Assembly: GCA_030147845.1 (NCBI GenBank)
Contig: JASBUN010000051.1
Coordinates: 33,146 to 97,145 of the forward strand
Length of the DNA stretch: 64,000 bases
DNA from: Gammaproteobacteria bacterium
GTDB taxonomy: Bacteria; Pseudomonadota; Gammaproteobacteria; JASBUN01
Direction: 5' to 3'
Shown here piece by piece: positions 39,153 to 49,636 of this stretch (its first letter is position 1; every line of letters begins with the position of its first letter). The position numbers and the translations under genes were made by a program. The notes beneath the pieces were generated by a model that was given only the letters and a program-made list of their open reading frames with translations, did not search any database and had not been told where the DNA came from.

Positions 39153-40223
39153 ATGAGCGGCATTTTTATCCACTGTCGCGCCGGATTCGAAAAAGAATGC
39201 GTCGCGGAAATTCAACAACATGCCGCATCGTTGGGTATTGCCGGCTATTGCAAAGCAAAGCCCGACTCTGCCTATGTGTTGTTCGAGAGCTACGAGCCGG
39301 GCGCCGCCGATGAACTGTGTCGGCGGGTGCGTTTCGATCAGTTGATTTTCGTGCGCCAGTGGTTTGTGCTCTTGGGTCTGGTGCGCGATCTGCCGGTGGG
39401 CGATCGAGTCGCGGCGATGATGTCCACGCTTGCCGGTTTGCCGGGGCCGGTTGACGACGTTTATTTGGAGACCCCCGATACCAACGCCGGTAAGCAGTTG
39501 TCAAAGCTATGTCGTAGTCTGAAGACGCCGCTGCTGCGCGCATTGACCGATGTCGCCCGTTACGGCAGTGATGTCAGCGGGCGGCGGCTGCATGTCTGTC
39601 TGTTGAGCGGTAGTGCGGCCTACATTGGCTACGCGCCCACGCATAACAGCGCGGCGCAGCCGATGGGCATCGTCCGGTTACGCTTTCCGGGAGGTGCGCC
39701 AAGCCGATCGACTTTGAAACTGGACGAGGCTTTGCTGATCTTGCTGGATGTCGGTGAACGAGAACGTTATCTGCGACCGGGCATGCAGGCCGTTGATCTG
39801 GGCGCGGCACCGGGCGGTTGGACCTGGCAGTTGGTGCAGCGGCATTTTCACGTCACTGCTGTCGACAACGGCGCCATGGACGATAAACTGCTGGCGTCCG
39901 GACTGGTGCATCATCTGCGCGCGGACGGATTTCGTTTTCAACCGAGTCAGGCGGTTGATTGGATGGTTTGTGATATGGTCGAGCAACCGGCTCGAATTGC
40001 CGATCTTGCCTGCCGGTGGATCGAGCAGGGCTGGTGTCGGCACACCATATTCAATCTGAAATTGCCGATGAATAAGCGCTACGCTGAGGTCCAGCGTTGT
40101 CTACACTTGATCAGCGGGCGTATGCAGCAGCGAGGGTTCGGTTTTCGCTTGGCGTGTAAACAGCTCTATCACGACCGTGAGGAAGTCACGGCGTATCTCG
40201 CGCGCCTCGATGCCGAATATTGA
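39153..40223 (+). CDS. rlmM: 23S rRNA C2498 2'-O-methyltransferase
   Basis: CRAGFEKEC, APSRSTLKLDEA, VDLGAAPGGWT, CDMVEQP, FNLKLPM, QLYHDREE. Confidence 0.96.
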   Translation: MSGIFIHCRAGFEKECVAEIQQHAASLGIAGYCKAKPDSAYVLFESYEPGAADELCRRVRFDQLIFVRQWFVLLGLVRDLPVGDRVAAMMSTLAGLPGPVDDVYLETPDTNAGKQLSKLCRSLKTPLLRALTDVARYGSDVSGRRLHVCLLSGSAAYIGYAPTHNSAAQPMGIVRLRFPGGAPSRSTLKLDEALLILLDVGERERYLRPGMQAVDLGAAPGGWTWQLVQRHFHVTAVDNGAMDDKLLASGLVHHLRADGFRFQPSQAVDWMVCDMVEQPARIADLACRWIEQGWCRHTIFNLKLPMNKRYAEVQRCLHLISGRMQQRGFGFRLACKQLYHDREEVTAYLARLDAEY

Positions 40224-40288
40224 GTGCGTTGACGTCGCAGCGGTACAATGCCGACACGTTGTGCTCACTACCATTTTTCGGGGGCATC

Positions 40289-40849
40289 ATGACCACTCTA
40301 TCCATTTGCGCCGATGACGGCAGTGGTGGCCGTCGCATGTACACGGATTTCGAGGCCATCGCCGAGCATCTGCGGGAGATCGGCGTTGAGTTTGAACGCT
40401 GGGACACCGACCGTCCATTGGCGGCCGACGCCGGTCAGGATGAAGTTTTGGCGGCCTATCAGGCTTCCATCGATCGGCTCAACAAACGCTACGGCTTCGA
40501 ATCGGTGGATGTGGTGGCGCTGCGCCCGGATCATCCGGGCAAGGCCGATTTCCGACAGAAGTTCTTGGCCGAACACACTCATGCCGATTTCGAGGTACGC
40601 TTCTTTGTCGACGGCAGCGGACTGTTTTATTTGCATGTCGGCGCCAAGGTGTACATGTTGCTATGTGAAAAAGGAGATCTGATCAGCGTGCCTGCAGATA
40701 CCACCCACTGGTTTGATATGGGCGCTGACCCTGATTTCAAATGCATTCGCTTGTTCACTCGTGCGGAAGGGTGGGTTGGTAATTTTACCGGTAGCGACAT
40801 CGCTAACCGCTTCCCCGATTTCGATCAATTCGTCGCATTGAACGTATGA
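40289..40849 (+). CDS. mtnD: Acireductone dioxygenase
   Basis: KFLAEHTHADFEVRFFVDGSGLF, HWFDMG, IRLF. Confidence 0.95.
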   Translation: MTTLSICADDGSGGRRMYTDFEAIAEHLREIGVEFERWDTDRPLAADAGQDEVLAAYQASIDRLNKRYGFESVDVVALRPDHPGKADFRQKFLAEHTHADFEVRFFVDGSGLFYLHVGAKVYMLLCEKGDLISVPADTTHWFDMGADPDFKCIRLFTRAEGWVGNFTGSDIANRFPDFDQFVALNV

Positions 40850-41526
40850 TTCGGGCGGTATTGACCGATATCGAGGGTACTACCTCGTCGTTATCGTTCG
40901 TAAAGGACGTATTGTTCCCTTACGCGCGCGAACGCATGTCGAAGTTCGTGCGTGAACACGCCGGTGAGGCCGCAGTCGGCGAGCAACTCGATGCAGTGCG
41001 CGCGGAGCAGGGGCGGCCTATGACCGACATAGACGTGGTGCAGTGTTTAGTGCACTGGATCGATGAAGATAAGAAGGTCACTGCGCTGAAGGTGTTACAA
41101 GGCATGATCTGGGAAGCTGGTTACCGCGGCGGCGATTTTACCGGGCATGTATACGAAGATGCCGTACGGAACCTGCGTCAGTGGCACCGGCAGGGTATAA
41201 AGCTGTACGTATTCTCGTCCGGCTCAGTGTATGCACAGCAGCTATTGTTCGCCCATTCGGATGCGGGCGATTTGACGCCACTGTTTTCGAGCTATTACGA
41301 CACCCGCGTCGGTGCCAAACGACAATCCGACGCGTATGTGGCAATCGCGCATGACATCGGTCTACCGCCCAGCGAAATATTGTTTTTGTCCGACATCGAG
41401 GAAGAGTTGGACGCCGCGCAGGTCGCGATGATGCGCACGGTATGGGTGCGCCGCGATGGCCGGCGACGGAGCGATACTGCTCATATTCAGGTATCGGATT
41501 TCGACGCGGTTCAATTGGCCGATTGA
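40846..41526 (+). CDS. mtnC: Enolase-phosphatase E1
   Basis: TDIEGTTSS..FVKDVLFPYA, LQGMIW, SSGSV, LFLSD. Confidence 0.96.
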   Translation: MIRAVLTDIEGTTSSLSFVKDVLFPYARERMSKFVREHAGEAAVGEQLDAVRAEQGRPMTDIDVVQCLVHWIDEDKKVTALKVLQGMIWEAGYRGGDFTGHVYEDAVRNLRQWHRQGIKLYVFSSGSVYAQQLLFAHSDAGDLTPLFSSYYDTRVGAKRQSDAYVAIAHDIGLPPSEILFLSDIEEELDAAQVAMMRTVWVRRDGRRRSDTAHIQVSDFDAVQLAD

Positions 41527-41610
41527 GTTGCGCATGCGGTCGCGTCGCCGCTACGTCACAGCAAGTTCTGTCGAAACGATCTCGCCAACCCGCCAGCGCC
41601 GTTCGAGGGT

Positions 41611-43710
41611 TTACCGATGCAGGCCGCCGGTGGCCGGCAGCAGTGCGTCCAATTCCGTTGACGGTAGCAACTGACCGCGATGGGGCCGCGCGCGACCGCC
41701 GCGCTGCACTAACTCGCTACGCAGCGCGAGCAGGGTGACATTGTCGGGGTCGATGTGCAGCCCGCGTTCGAGGTAGCGCGCCGCGCGTGACAGGTGTCCA
41801 CGGTCCGCGGCTTGTCGCGCCAAAACCGCATACAGACGCAAGATTTCGTGTATACCGCGGGTGGCTTCGGGGTTGTTCGGAGCGAGTGCCAGCGAGCGCC
41901 GATAGTAGCTGTAGGCGCTGTCTTGCGCGGGTACGGTGAAGTGGTAATTCGTCATTGCCATACGCGCGCGCGCCAGCAACGTGGGTACCTGTGCTGCCGG
42001 ATTGTCGGCGCTGCCAGTGTCGGCGGTAGGCGGTGCTGCGGGCCGGCCGTCTGCAGTGGAAGGAGAGTTTGCGCTGTCGGCGCTGGGATCGACATGCGCC
42101 GCCGGCGGCGGCGCCTGCGGGCCAGGCTGCGGTTGCGGAACTGGTGTCTGGGGCGACTGTGCCTGGGACGACGGCAAGGGGGTTATGGCAACGCTCTTGG
42201 ACGCCGGTTTCGGCGCCATCGACGCGGATGCTACGGCGTTGTTGACGTCGTTGTTGACGGTCGCGCCGTTTGGTTGCGGCGACGATACGCCTTGCGCCGC
42301 CGGCCCGGACGGTACGACCACGCGCATGGGTGAAGCTTGCGGTGTGCGGCCTGCTAGCTGCTCGACGGCAATGTGCTTAGCTGTGGCAGCCGACGTCGAC
42401 GGCCGCAATTGCGGCAGCCACCATTGATAGCCGGCGGTTAGCAGCGCCGCCGCCGCGGCGGTTCCAAGCACGGCCAGGAAGCCTTGCCGAAAGCGCCGGT
42501 TGCGTAAATCGCCATCACGTACCGCGGCGTGCAGTTCGCTTAGCGCCGGTTTGTCTTCGTCCCTGAGCGCACTTTCGTCCTGTTTCAATGATGCCGGTCT
42601 AAGATGAAACAGCGCATCGGTGTCTCGATCCGCCGGTGTGTCGGACGGTTCTACGTCCGACACACCGGTAGCAGCGGGTGGAGGGCTGCTTGTTACGTCG
42701 GCATGCGCATCGCCCGGCGCACCAGGTTGAACTGCGTCAAAAATCGCGCTAGCGGATGACCGGGATAACTCGTCGCCGATTTCGGCCGCCCGGACATCGG
42801 ACGGTTGTCGGTGTAGCTCGTCGGCCTCCGCCTGCGCGTCGCGCGCGGTACCCGGCTGCAATGCGCCGTCGTCGTTAAATTCGGTAGGCCAAGTATCCAG
42901 GCGTTCCTGGCGTAACTCTTCGACCACCGAACGGACGTCGGTGCTGGTGAGATGGTGGCGTTGCTCGGCCCAACCATGCACGAGCAGACGTCCACACAAC
43001 ACGTTGATACGCCGCGGTACGCCTTCGCTGAACCGATACAGGTCACGCATGACGGAGTCATCGAGTTGCGGATCGTCCCGCCAGCCGACGCGCTGTAGTC
43101 GATGCAAAATATAGTCACGCGTTTCATCGGCGCTCAGCGCGGTGAGTTCGCACACGGTGGAGCAGCGGGCACGCAATTCGGCCGCGGACTCACTTGCCAG
43201 TAGATCGGAGAGCGATTCCTGGCCGACCAATAGCACCTGCAGTAGTAGGCGTCGGTGATTTCGCAGTGACGTCAGCCGCTCCAACTCCTGCACACCACTG
43301 GCGGTAAGATTCTGCGCTTCATCAACGATCAATAGTGGCCGGCGGCCGGCGCCCAGGTGCCGGCCGAGATACTCGCTCAGGTGCTGTAGCAGACTATCCT
43401 CGTTGTTATCGCTAAAGCGTAAGCCAAACGCATGTGCGCTCATGCGGCGCAGGTCGATGGCGTCCAGTTGCGAACTGACCAGGCGCGCGCACATAAACCC
43501 GCCGGGCTGCAGCTCATTGACCAGCGATTGGATCAGCGTGGTCTTGCCGCTACCCGCGCGGCCGGTGACCACGACAAGGCTTTCGGCATCGGCGAGTGCA
43601 TTGCGTAGTTGCTCGCGTACGCGGGTGTAACCGCGATGGCTGAAACTGAAACGGGCATCTGGCGCCAACCGGAACGGATCGGCGCTGAGGTGATAAAAAT
43701 CTTCGTACAT
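41611..43710 (-). CDS. ExeA-like AAA ATPase with TM, Pro-rich linker and TPR-like periplasmic domain
   Basis: MYEDFYHLSADPF, GRAGSGKTT, IVDEAQNL, LVGQ, GVPRRIN; TM near residue 410-430. Confidence 0.85.
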   Translation of the reverse strand: MYEDFYHLSADPFRLAPDARFSFSHRGYTRVREQLRNALADAESLVVVTGRAGSGKTTLIQSLVNELQPGGFMCARLVSSQLDAIDLRRMSAHAFGLRFSDNNEDSLLQHLSEYLGRHLGAGRRPLLIVDEAQNLTASGVQELERLTSLRNHRRLLLQVLLVGQESLSDLLASESAAELRARCSTVCELTALSADETRDYILHRLQRVGWRDDPQLDDSVMRDLYRFSEGVPRRINVLCGRLLVHGWAEQRHHLTSTDVRSVVEELRQERLDTWPTEFNDDGALQPGTARDAQAEADELHRQPSDVRAAEIGDELSRSSASAIFDAVQPGAPGDAHADVTSSPPPAATGVSDVEPSDTPADRDTDALFHLRPASLKQDESALRDEDKPALSELHAAVRDGDLRNRRFRQGFLAVLGTAAAAALLTAGYQWWLPQLRPSTSAATAKHIAVEQLAGRTPQASPMRVVVPSGPAAQGVSSPQPNGATVNNDVNNAVASASMAPKPASKSVAITPLPSSQAQSPQTPVPQPQPGPQAPPPAAHVDPSADSANSPSTADGRPAAPPTADTGSADNPAAQVPTLLARARMAMTNYHFTVPAQDSAYSYYRRSLALAPNNPEATRGIHEILRLYAVLARQAADRGHLSRAARYLERGLHIDPDNVTLLALRSELVQRGGRARPHRGQLLPSTELDALLPATGGLHR

Positions 43711-43867
43711 CTCGCAGCACGTCCTTAGGTCAAAGATTAGGCGGACAACGCAGACGGTCGAACGCCATCTTCGTGCGGGGCGCTATAAGTATAGTCTTAG
43801 TCGGACGACCACTAAAGGCCGAATTCGCTTGCTTAGCAGAACGGTCATGGCCTGTGGCGGAGGTGAC

Positions 43868-45247
43868 TTACGGCTTGCCCTGATTTGGGTTTTGCATGGC
43901 CGTCAGCGGTGCTTGGTTAGTGCTTAATATTTGCTTGCTTAGGATGAGCGCGCTTGCCGACCAGATTTGGTTAAGATTCGCGCGCTGTCCGACCTCGCCG
44001 CCACGGCGGCCGTCGTAGTATTCCGGCCACTGATCGGCGACTAACCGTTTGGCTGCCAGATCAAAGGCGCGTTCGGCGGCTTCACGCCGTCCGATTTTGA
44101 CTGCAGCGCCGGTAAAAGCCCATAAAAGTGCCGGCCAGGAGCCGCCGTTGTGGTAGGACCAGGGCGGATTTTTTGGGTCGCAACCCGTTAATAAACGCCA
44201 ATGTTCGCCTTCCAACGGCGGATGGCAGATTTTCAATGGGGTTTCCCCGATTAGCTCGTTCCAGTGCTCGGCATAAAGATCAAACAAGCATTGTGCTTGC
44301 TTGTCGGTCGCCAGTCCGAACAATACCGCCAGCAGATTACCCAGTGAAAAAAAGCGGAAGTCCATGCGGCCGGGTCCTAAATTGCCGACAAAGTAACCGC
44401 CTTGTTCGGGGAGCCAGTCATCGACCCAGTCGGGTATCGATTCCGGATAAATATTGAGAATATTTTGGCTATCGGCGCCGAACTCCTCGGTATGAAATTG
44501 ACGTATGGCGTTCAACGTCGCCCGGTCGAGCCAATAGTATTTACGTACGTAGGCTTCAAGGGCTTGTTTGCGCTTGGTGACCGTCTCAATCAATCGCTTC
44601 GAGCGATCGTCCGCGGCCAGCAGTTGTTCAGCGGCGCATAAGGTGCCGTAAAACAGCGCCTGAATTTCGAGCGGGTGGCCATATACCCCGAGGCGACGGT
44701 CGATCATAAAGGAGCCGTCGGGGACCAGCAGCGTCGGGAAGACTTCGAACGTATCGCGCACGCAGAGATGCAATATTTGTTCGATGGTGCATTGTATCGA
44801 CTCGCGCTGGGCAAACTCGGTGTCGCCGGTTGCCCGCACATAGGCGCCGAGCAGAATGACCCACCACTTCATGGAGTCGACCGGTGCTACACGACCGATG
44901 GCAAGTTCGCCGAAGTCGGGGACCAAACGATCCTCCTCACCATCGGCGCGCATGACCCGAAAACTGGCCGGCATGACGCCGGGATGCCGTTCGTAGCCCG
45001 GTAACGGTGGTCCGGCGCCGCGTATATCGTGCACGACGTCGAGAAAATTGCGTACGATGTCCGCTTTGCCGTCATTGAGATACACCAGCGCGGCAGGGAC
45101 GAAATCGCGCACGAAGCAATCAAGATAGTTTTCCGCCGCCAAGTCTTTTTGGTCGAGCGCGGCGACGGTACCAACCGGTTGGCCGCGGTAATGTACCACG
45201 GCCCTTTCGAGTAACGCGTAAGCGGATTCGACGGCGCTGTCTGTCAT
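43868..45247 (-). CDS. Alkaline/neutral invertase (GH100)
   Basis: FVRDFVP, MPASF, AIGRVAPVDS, DGSFMIDRRLG, GHPLEIQALFY, RMDFRFFSLGN, SYHNGGSWP, WPEYYDG. Confidence 0.95.
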   Translation of the reverse strand: MTDSAVESAYALLERAVVHYRGQPVGTVAALDQKDLAAENYLDCFVRDFVPAALVYLNDGKADIVRNFLDVVHDIRGAGPPLPGYERHPGVMPASFRVMRADGEEDRLVPDFGELAIGRVAPVDSMKWWVILLGAYVRATGDTEFAQRESIQCTIEQILHLCVRDTFEVFPTLLVPDGSFMIDRRLGVYGHPLEIQALFYGTLCAAEQLLAADDRSKRLIETVTKRKQALEAYVRKYYWLDRATLNAIRQFHTEEFGADSQNILNIYPESIPDWVDDWLPEQGGYFVGNLGPGRMDFRFFSLGNLLAVLFGLATDKQAQCLFDLYAEHWNELIGETPLKICHPPLEGEHWRLLTGCDPKNPPWSYHNGGSWPALLWAFTGAAVKIGRREAAERAFDLAAKRLVADQWPEYYDGRRGGEVGQRANLNQIWSASALILSKQILSTNQAPLTAMQNPNQGKP

Positions 45248-45302
45248 TGATCGGCGATAGTTCTGGTCATTTGGTTCATTGTGCGTCTTAATTGTTAGGC
45301 TG

Positions 45303-45947
45303 TCAGGGGAACAACGGTTCACTTCGCGCGCGCCTACCGGACGGCGCCCGCGTCGTCAGTGCCGACGATTCGGGCATCCACCGTGGTGGTGGCCGTTGAC
45401 GGTAAAAACGCTGCGGCACCTGATAGAGATCCGGTGGTTTTTGATTGCTCGCTGGTCGGCTTAGCAGCTTGTCGGCGTCACGTTGTCGGTGGTGGTCTCG
45501 TCTGCGGTCTCGTTCATGACGCTCGCCATCATCGCGCCGCGCGTGGCGCGCCCTCGGTGGGCGTAATACCACGTACGGCGTTGTTTGCGTTTCATCGAGC
45601 CACGGCGCGGTTTCGTCGTCGACCGTGCCACCAGCGTCCGTTTGCGTCTGTTGCAGCGCCGATTTTTGATCGGCCAATTTGTGCTCGAGCGCGTCTATAC
45701 GCGCCCGCAGACGCGCGTCTGTGGAGCCGATGGCCGGCTGCACCGGCGGCGTGTACGCCGGCGCCGGCACCTTTAGCGTGAACTGTCGCACGCCTGTCGG
45801 GCGTTGCGCCGGTGGTATTTGACTGAACTGGGTAACGCCGTCGCTATCGACCCAAGTATACACGGACACCGATGCGGCGTGCGTCGCCAAGCTGGGCGTT
45901 AGCGCCAGCGTTAGCGCGAAAACAAGCAGATGCGGATATCGAGCCAT
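45303..45947 (-). CDS. DUF4124-domain secreted protein
   Basis: Signal peptide followed by VYTWVDSDGVTQFSQIPP. Confidence 0.8.
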   Translation of the reverse strand: MARYPHLLVFALTLALTPSLATHAASVSVYTWVDSDGVTQFSQIPPAQRPTGVRQFTLKVPAPAYTPPVQPAIGSTDARLRARIDALEHKLADQKSALQQTQTDAGGTVDDETAPWLDETQTTPYVVLRPPRARHARRDDGERHERDRRRDHHRQRDADKLLSRPASNQKPPDLYQVPQRFYRQRPPPRWMPESSALTTRAPSGRRARSEPLFP

Positions 45948-46198
45948 CTTTGCATGTGCGCCGAACGGTTGCGGTTTGGAACCGAATGAGAGTTATTCTA
46001 GCGCAATCGCGACACTGCTGCCGATCAGCGGACCAGAATTGGTCAATCTCCACTTTCCTGGATCGGGCAAGTTGGGCCGCGGCGGGCCTGGGCTTGGTTT
46101 GCGCGCGATAATGTGCCTTGTTGTGCTGACAGGTTGGACGTCCGACTATTAGACTAGACTAACAATAAACCCTATTTTTCGACCATGCGGCAGGTGAA

Positions 46199-47950
46199 AT
46201 GACCGTTTTAGCCGAGCAGATTGCGCGCACCATTTTGGCCGGATTCGAGAAGCACTTTGCCTTTCATCAAGAAGTCACGAGCGGTGCTCGCGAACGTTTC
46301 GAGCGCATGGATTGGGCCGGAATACAGCGTACCTCAGCCGAACGCATTCATCTTTATGATCGTCGCGTCACCGAGACCATCGATAAAGTCCGCGGTGTAT
46401 TCGAGCTTTCCGCGCTTGACGAATATTTGTGGCGCGACGTAAAGGCCGATTACGTGGCTCGTTTGCGTCACCACTGCCGACCGGAGTTGGCCGAAACATT
46501 TTACAATTCCGTTTTCTGTCGCTTGTTTGATCGGCGATATTTCAACAACAAGAACATTTTCGTCGAATCGGTGGCCGATCGCGACAAGCTAGTCGATCGG
46601 TACCGGGTTTTTATGTCCTTTCATCCCGGCGACGCTGGTTTGCGGGACAGCATTCGGGATATGCTGTCGTCGTTTTATTTTTCCATCCCGTTCGAAGATA
46701 TCGATCGGGATGTCGGTTATATCGAGCGGCATTTCCTGAAAAATTCGCCGCTGCGCAATGCGCCCTTGGATGAAATGCGTATCGATGTGCTGGAAACGCC
46801 GTTTTTTCGCAACAAGGGCGCTTATTTGATCGGTCGTGTGACACGCGGTGAACACTGCTATCCGTTCGTCGTACCGCTAATGAATGACGGCGCCGGCCTA
46901 TACGCCGACGCTTTATTGACCACGCGTGACCAGATCGGGTTGGTGTTTAGTTTTTCGCGCGCATATTTCATGGCGCAGATGCCTGTCCCGGTCGCCACTA
47001 TCGCGTTTCTTCAGACGCTGCTGCCGGGCAAGCCGTTGGCGGAGTTATATATGAGCGTCGGTTTCCATAAACAAGCCAAAAACGAGTTTTATCGCGATTT
47101 TTTACATCATCTGGCGCGTACCAAGGACAAGTTCGTCATCGCGCCCGGCGCGCGTGGCATGGTTATGTGTGTGTTTACCTTGCCGTCCTATCCATACGTA
47201 TTCAAGATTATGAAGGATCGCTTCGATCCGCCGAAGGATGTTACGCACGAACAGGTGGCGAACCGCTATCTTCTGGTCAAACAGCACGACCGTGTCGGCC
47301 GCATGGCCGATACACTGGAGTTTTCTGATGCGGCATTTCCACTGCAGCGTTTCTCGCAAGAATTGTTGGCCGAGTTGCGCGCGGTTGCCGCGGCCTCACT
47401 AGAGGTCGATGGCGAGATGCTATTCATTCGTCACCTGTACATCGAGCGTCGCATGCGACCGCTGGACCTTTTCCTTGAACATGCGTCGCCCGGCGAGGCG
47501 CGTAGCGCGATTGCGGACTGGGGTCTGGCGGTAAAGGAATTGATGGCGGTCAATATCTTTCCGGGCGATCTGCTGTTCAAGAATTTCGGTGTCACGCGCC
47601 AGGGTCGGGTGGTGTTCTACGACTACGACGAAATATCATACCTGACCGACTGCAGTTTCCGCAGGATTCCGCCGCCGCGTTATCCAGAAGACGAACTGGC
47701 TGCTGAGCCGGCTTTCAATGTGGGTCCTCACGATGTGTTCCCGGAAGAATTTTTGACCTTCATTGCGACCAATGCGCAGCGGCGTCAAACGCTGCTCGAC
47801 ACCCATCCCGAGTTGCTGGACTATCGCTATTGGCAACAACGGCAGAAAGACGTTGTTGCCGGCGTATATGCCAATATCTTCCCCTATCCGCGAGAGGCCC
47901 GCTTTCCGCATCGCCGGTCGCCTTCGAGCGCAAAACCAACGCCGCCTTAG
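46199..47950 (+). CDS. aceK: Isocitrate dehydrogenase kinase/phosphatase
   Basis: ELAETFYNSV, FRNKGAY, APGARGMVM, VKQHDRVGRMADT, NIFPGDLLFKNFGV, FYDYDEI. Confidence 0.97.
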   Translation: MTVLAEQIARTILAGFEKHFAFHQEVTSGARERFERMDWAGIQRTSAERIHLYDRRVTETIDKVRGVFELSALDEYLWRDVKADYVARLRHHCRPELAETFYNSVFCRLFDRRYFNNKNIFVESVADRDKLVDRYRVFMSFHPGDAGLRDSIRDMLSSFYFSIPFEDIDRDVGYIERHFLKNSPLRNAPLDEMRIDVLETPFFRNKGAYLIGRVTRGEHCYPFVVPLMNDGAGLYADALLTTRDQIGLVFSFSRAYFMAQMPVPVATIAFLQTLLPGKPLAELYMSVGFHKQAKNEFYRDFLHHLARTKDKFVIAPGARGMVMCVFTLPSYPYVFKIMKDRFDPPKDVTHEQVANRYLLVKQHDRVGRMADTLEFSDAAFPLQRFSQELLAELRAVAAASLEVDGEMLFIRHLYIERRMRPLDLFLEHASPGEARSAIADWGLAVKELMAVNIFPGDLLFKNFGVTRQGRVVFYDYDEISYLTDCSFRRIPPPRYPEDELAAEPAFNVGPHDVFPEEFLTFIATNAQRRQTLLDTHPELLDYRYWQQRQKDVVAGVYANIFPYPREARFPHRRSPSSAKPTPP

Positions 47951-47986
47951 TCGCGCTTGGTTCGTCGCGGCGGTTAAGATGGCGGG

Positions 47987-49351
47987 CTAGCGCGTCAACC
48001 AGGATTTGGCTCGTGCCGTCACCAGCGCATAGGGAAAAATCCAAAACAGCGTGAAAAACGAATAGTAGGCGTAGAACACGCCGTAGACGACATCCCAGGA
48101 ACGTTCGCTACGCAGGTAATAGAGCATGGTCAGCATCGACATGGCGCCGATGACGAACAGCAGACGTACGATGGTGAGCGGGTCGTGCATCGACGCATAC
48201 AAAAGCAACGCCATGGCAGCGTAGGCGGCCGGGTAGCGTAGGTTGGTGACGACGGTGTCGATGACCGCGATCAGTCGTGGCACCGCCGGTCGTTTCCAGA
48301 CGATTCCGGCAAAGCGAATTTCTTCGCGCACGTAGCTGCGGTCCCAACGCAGGTACATTTTACACAGCTTTTTATAGGTATTTGGCACGATCGTGTGCAC
48401 TACTGCGGTGCGTTGGTAAACGGTGTCATAGCCACGCGCGAGAATGAAGTTGGTCATCGAGCGATCTTCGCCATAGGTGCAGGCTGCGCCCAAAAAGGTC
48501 TGATTTATCCATGGCTCCAACACTTCCCGAACGACGCTGGTGCGATAAGCGGCCAGTGCGCCGGGACAGCAATAGACCGTACCATAGGTAGACTGTACCG
48601 CGCGTAGGAAGTCGAAGGCGAGGGTGAAGCGTACCCGCAGCATACGCGGTATAAGACCTTGGTGGCAGTTGTAGACTGCCACGCGACCGGCTACGGCGCC
48701 AATACGCGGATTGCGAAATGGCCCGACCACGGCCAACAGAGTGCCGTGATCGATGATGCTATCGGAGTCGATTGTGACTACCACGTCACCACGCGCGCGA
48801 CGGAAACCCGCTGCGAGTGCCGCGCGCTTGCCGCGATTGCGCTCGAAGCGAACCGCCGTAACCAAGTCAGGGTGGCGCCGTGCCGCGCGGTCGATGTAGG
48901 TCCAGGTGTCGTCCATGCTGCCGTCGTCGACCACCAATATTTCAAGGCGCCCGCGCGGATAGTGCGCCGCGGCGACAGAGTCGATCGACTTCTCGACCAT
49001 GAAGCCTTCATTAAAGGCCGGGATGATCACCGTTAACATGGGGGCATCATCGTCTTCGGCCGCTGCGAACGGGTGATAACGGAACCAAAGCGCGGTGCGC
49101 AAGGTCAACATCAGCGTCCCCATGACCGCCCATATGATGCTCGGGCGCGCCAATGTTTGCGTCCACGGTTGGGTGTCAAAGTGGCGATATAGTGGCTGAA
49201 ACACATGCCCTGCGACGGTCAGGTAGATCAGCAGCAATAGCGCCACGGTGATAGCTGCACGCAGTAGGTGTTCCCAGACGTCCGCTCGTAGCGGCGTCAG
49301 AGAACCGCCGCCCGCGCTGTGTGGACGCATATCGGGATTTTGCGAAGACAT
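47987..49351 (-). CDS. Processive membrane GT2 glycosyltransferase (hyaluronan/NodC-synthase-like)
   Basis: IPAFNE, VDDGS, GKRAAL, IDSDS, CCPGALAAYR, GEDRSMTN, MYLRW; N- and C-terminal TMs. Confidence 0.85.
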   Translation of the reverse strand: MSSQNPDMRPHSAGGGSLTPLRADVWEHLLRAAITVALLLLIYLTVAGHVFQPLYRHFDTQPWTQTLARPSIIWAVMGTLMLTLRTALWFRYHPFAAAEDDDAPMLTVIIPAFNEGFMVEKSIDSVAAAHYPRGRLEILVVDDGSMDDTWTYIDRAARRHPDLVTAVRFERNRGKRAALAAGFRRARGDVVVTIDSDSIIDHGTLLAVVGPFRNPRIGAVAGRVAVYNCHQGLIPRMLRVRFTLAFDFLRAVQSTYGTVYCCPGALAAYRTSVVREVLEPWINQTFLGAACTYGEDRSMTNFILARGYDTVYQRTAVVHTIVPNTYKKLCKMYLRWDRSYVREEIRFAGIVWKRPAVPRLIAVIDTVVTNLRYPAAYAAMALLLYASMHDPLTIVRLLFVIGAMSMLTMLYYLRSERSWDVVYGVFYAYYSFFTLFWIFPYALVTARAKSWLTR

Positions 49352-49636
49352 TAGGACGGTACCGGGATGAGGGAGGGTGGCGCAAATCCGCGCGAGGCTG
49401 AATGTCACCGCAGCGACTGCTACCTAGCCGATCACCGCGTAAGTAATCGTGGCCTACTCGCGGCGTTGGCGAGAGCAAGCATACCGTGTTCGCCCGTCAC
49501 AGTATATCGGCGTTGGTACAGACGAGAAAGTGAGTTATTGGGGTGACTATACCCGTAAATTTAAACTAGTATTGAAGAGCGGTCACTACGAACTAAACGA
49601 TATCCGCGACCGTCTCAAGTCACACTGGAGCTGCCT

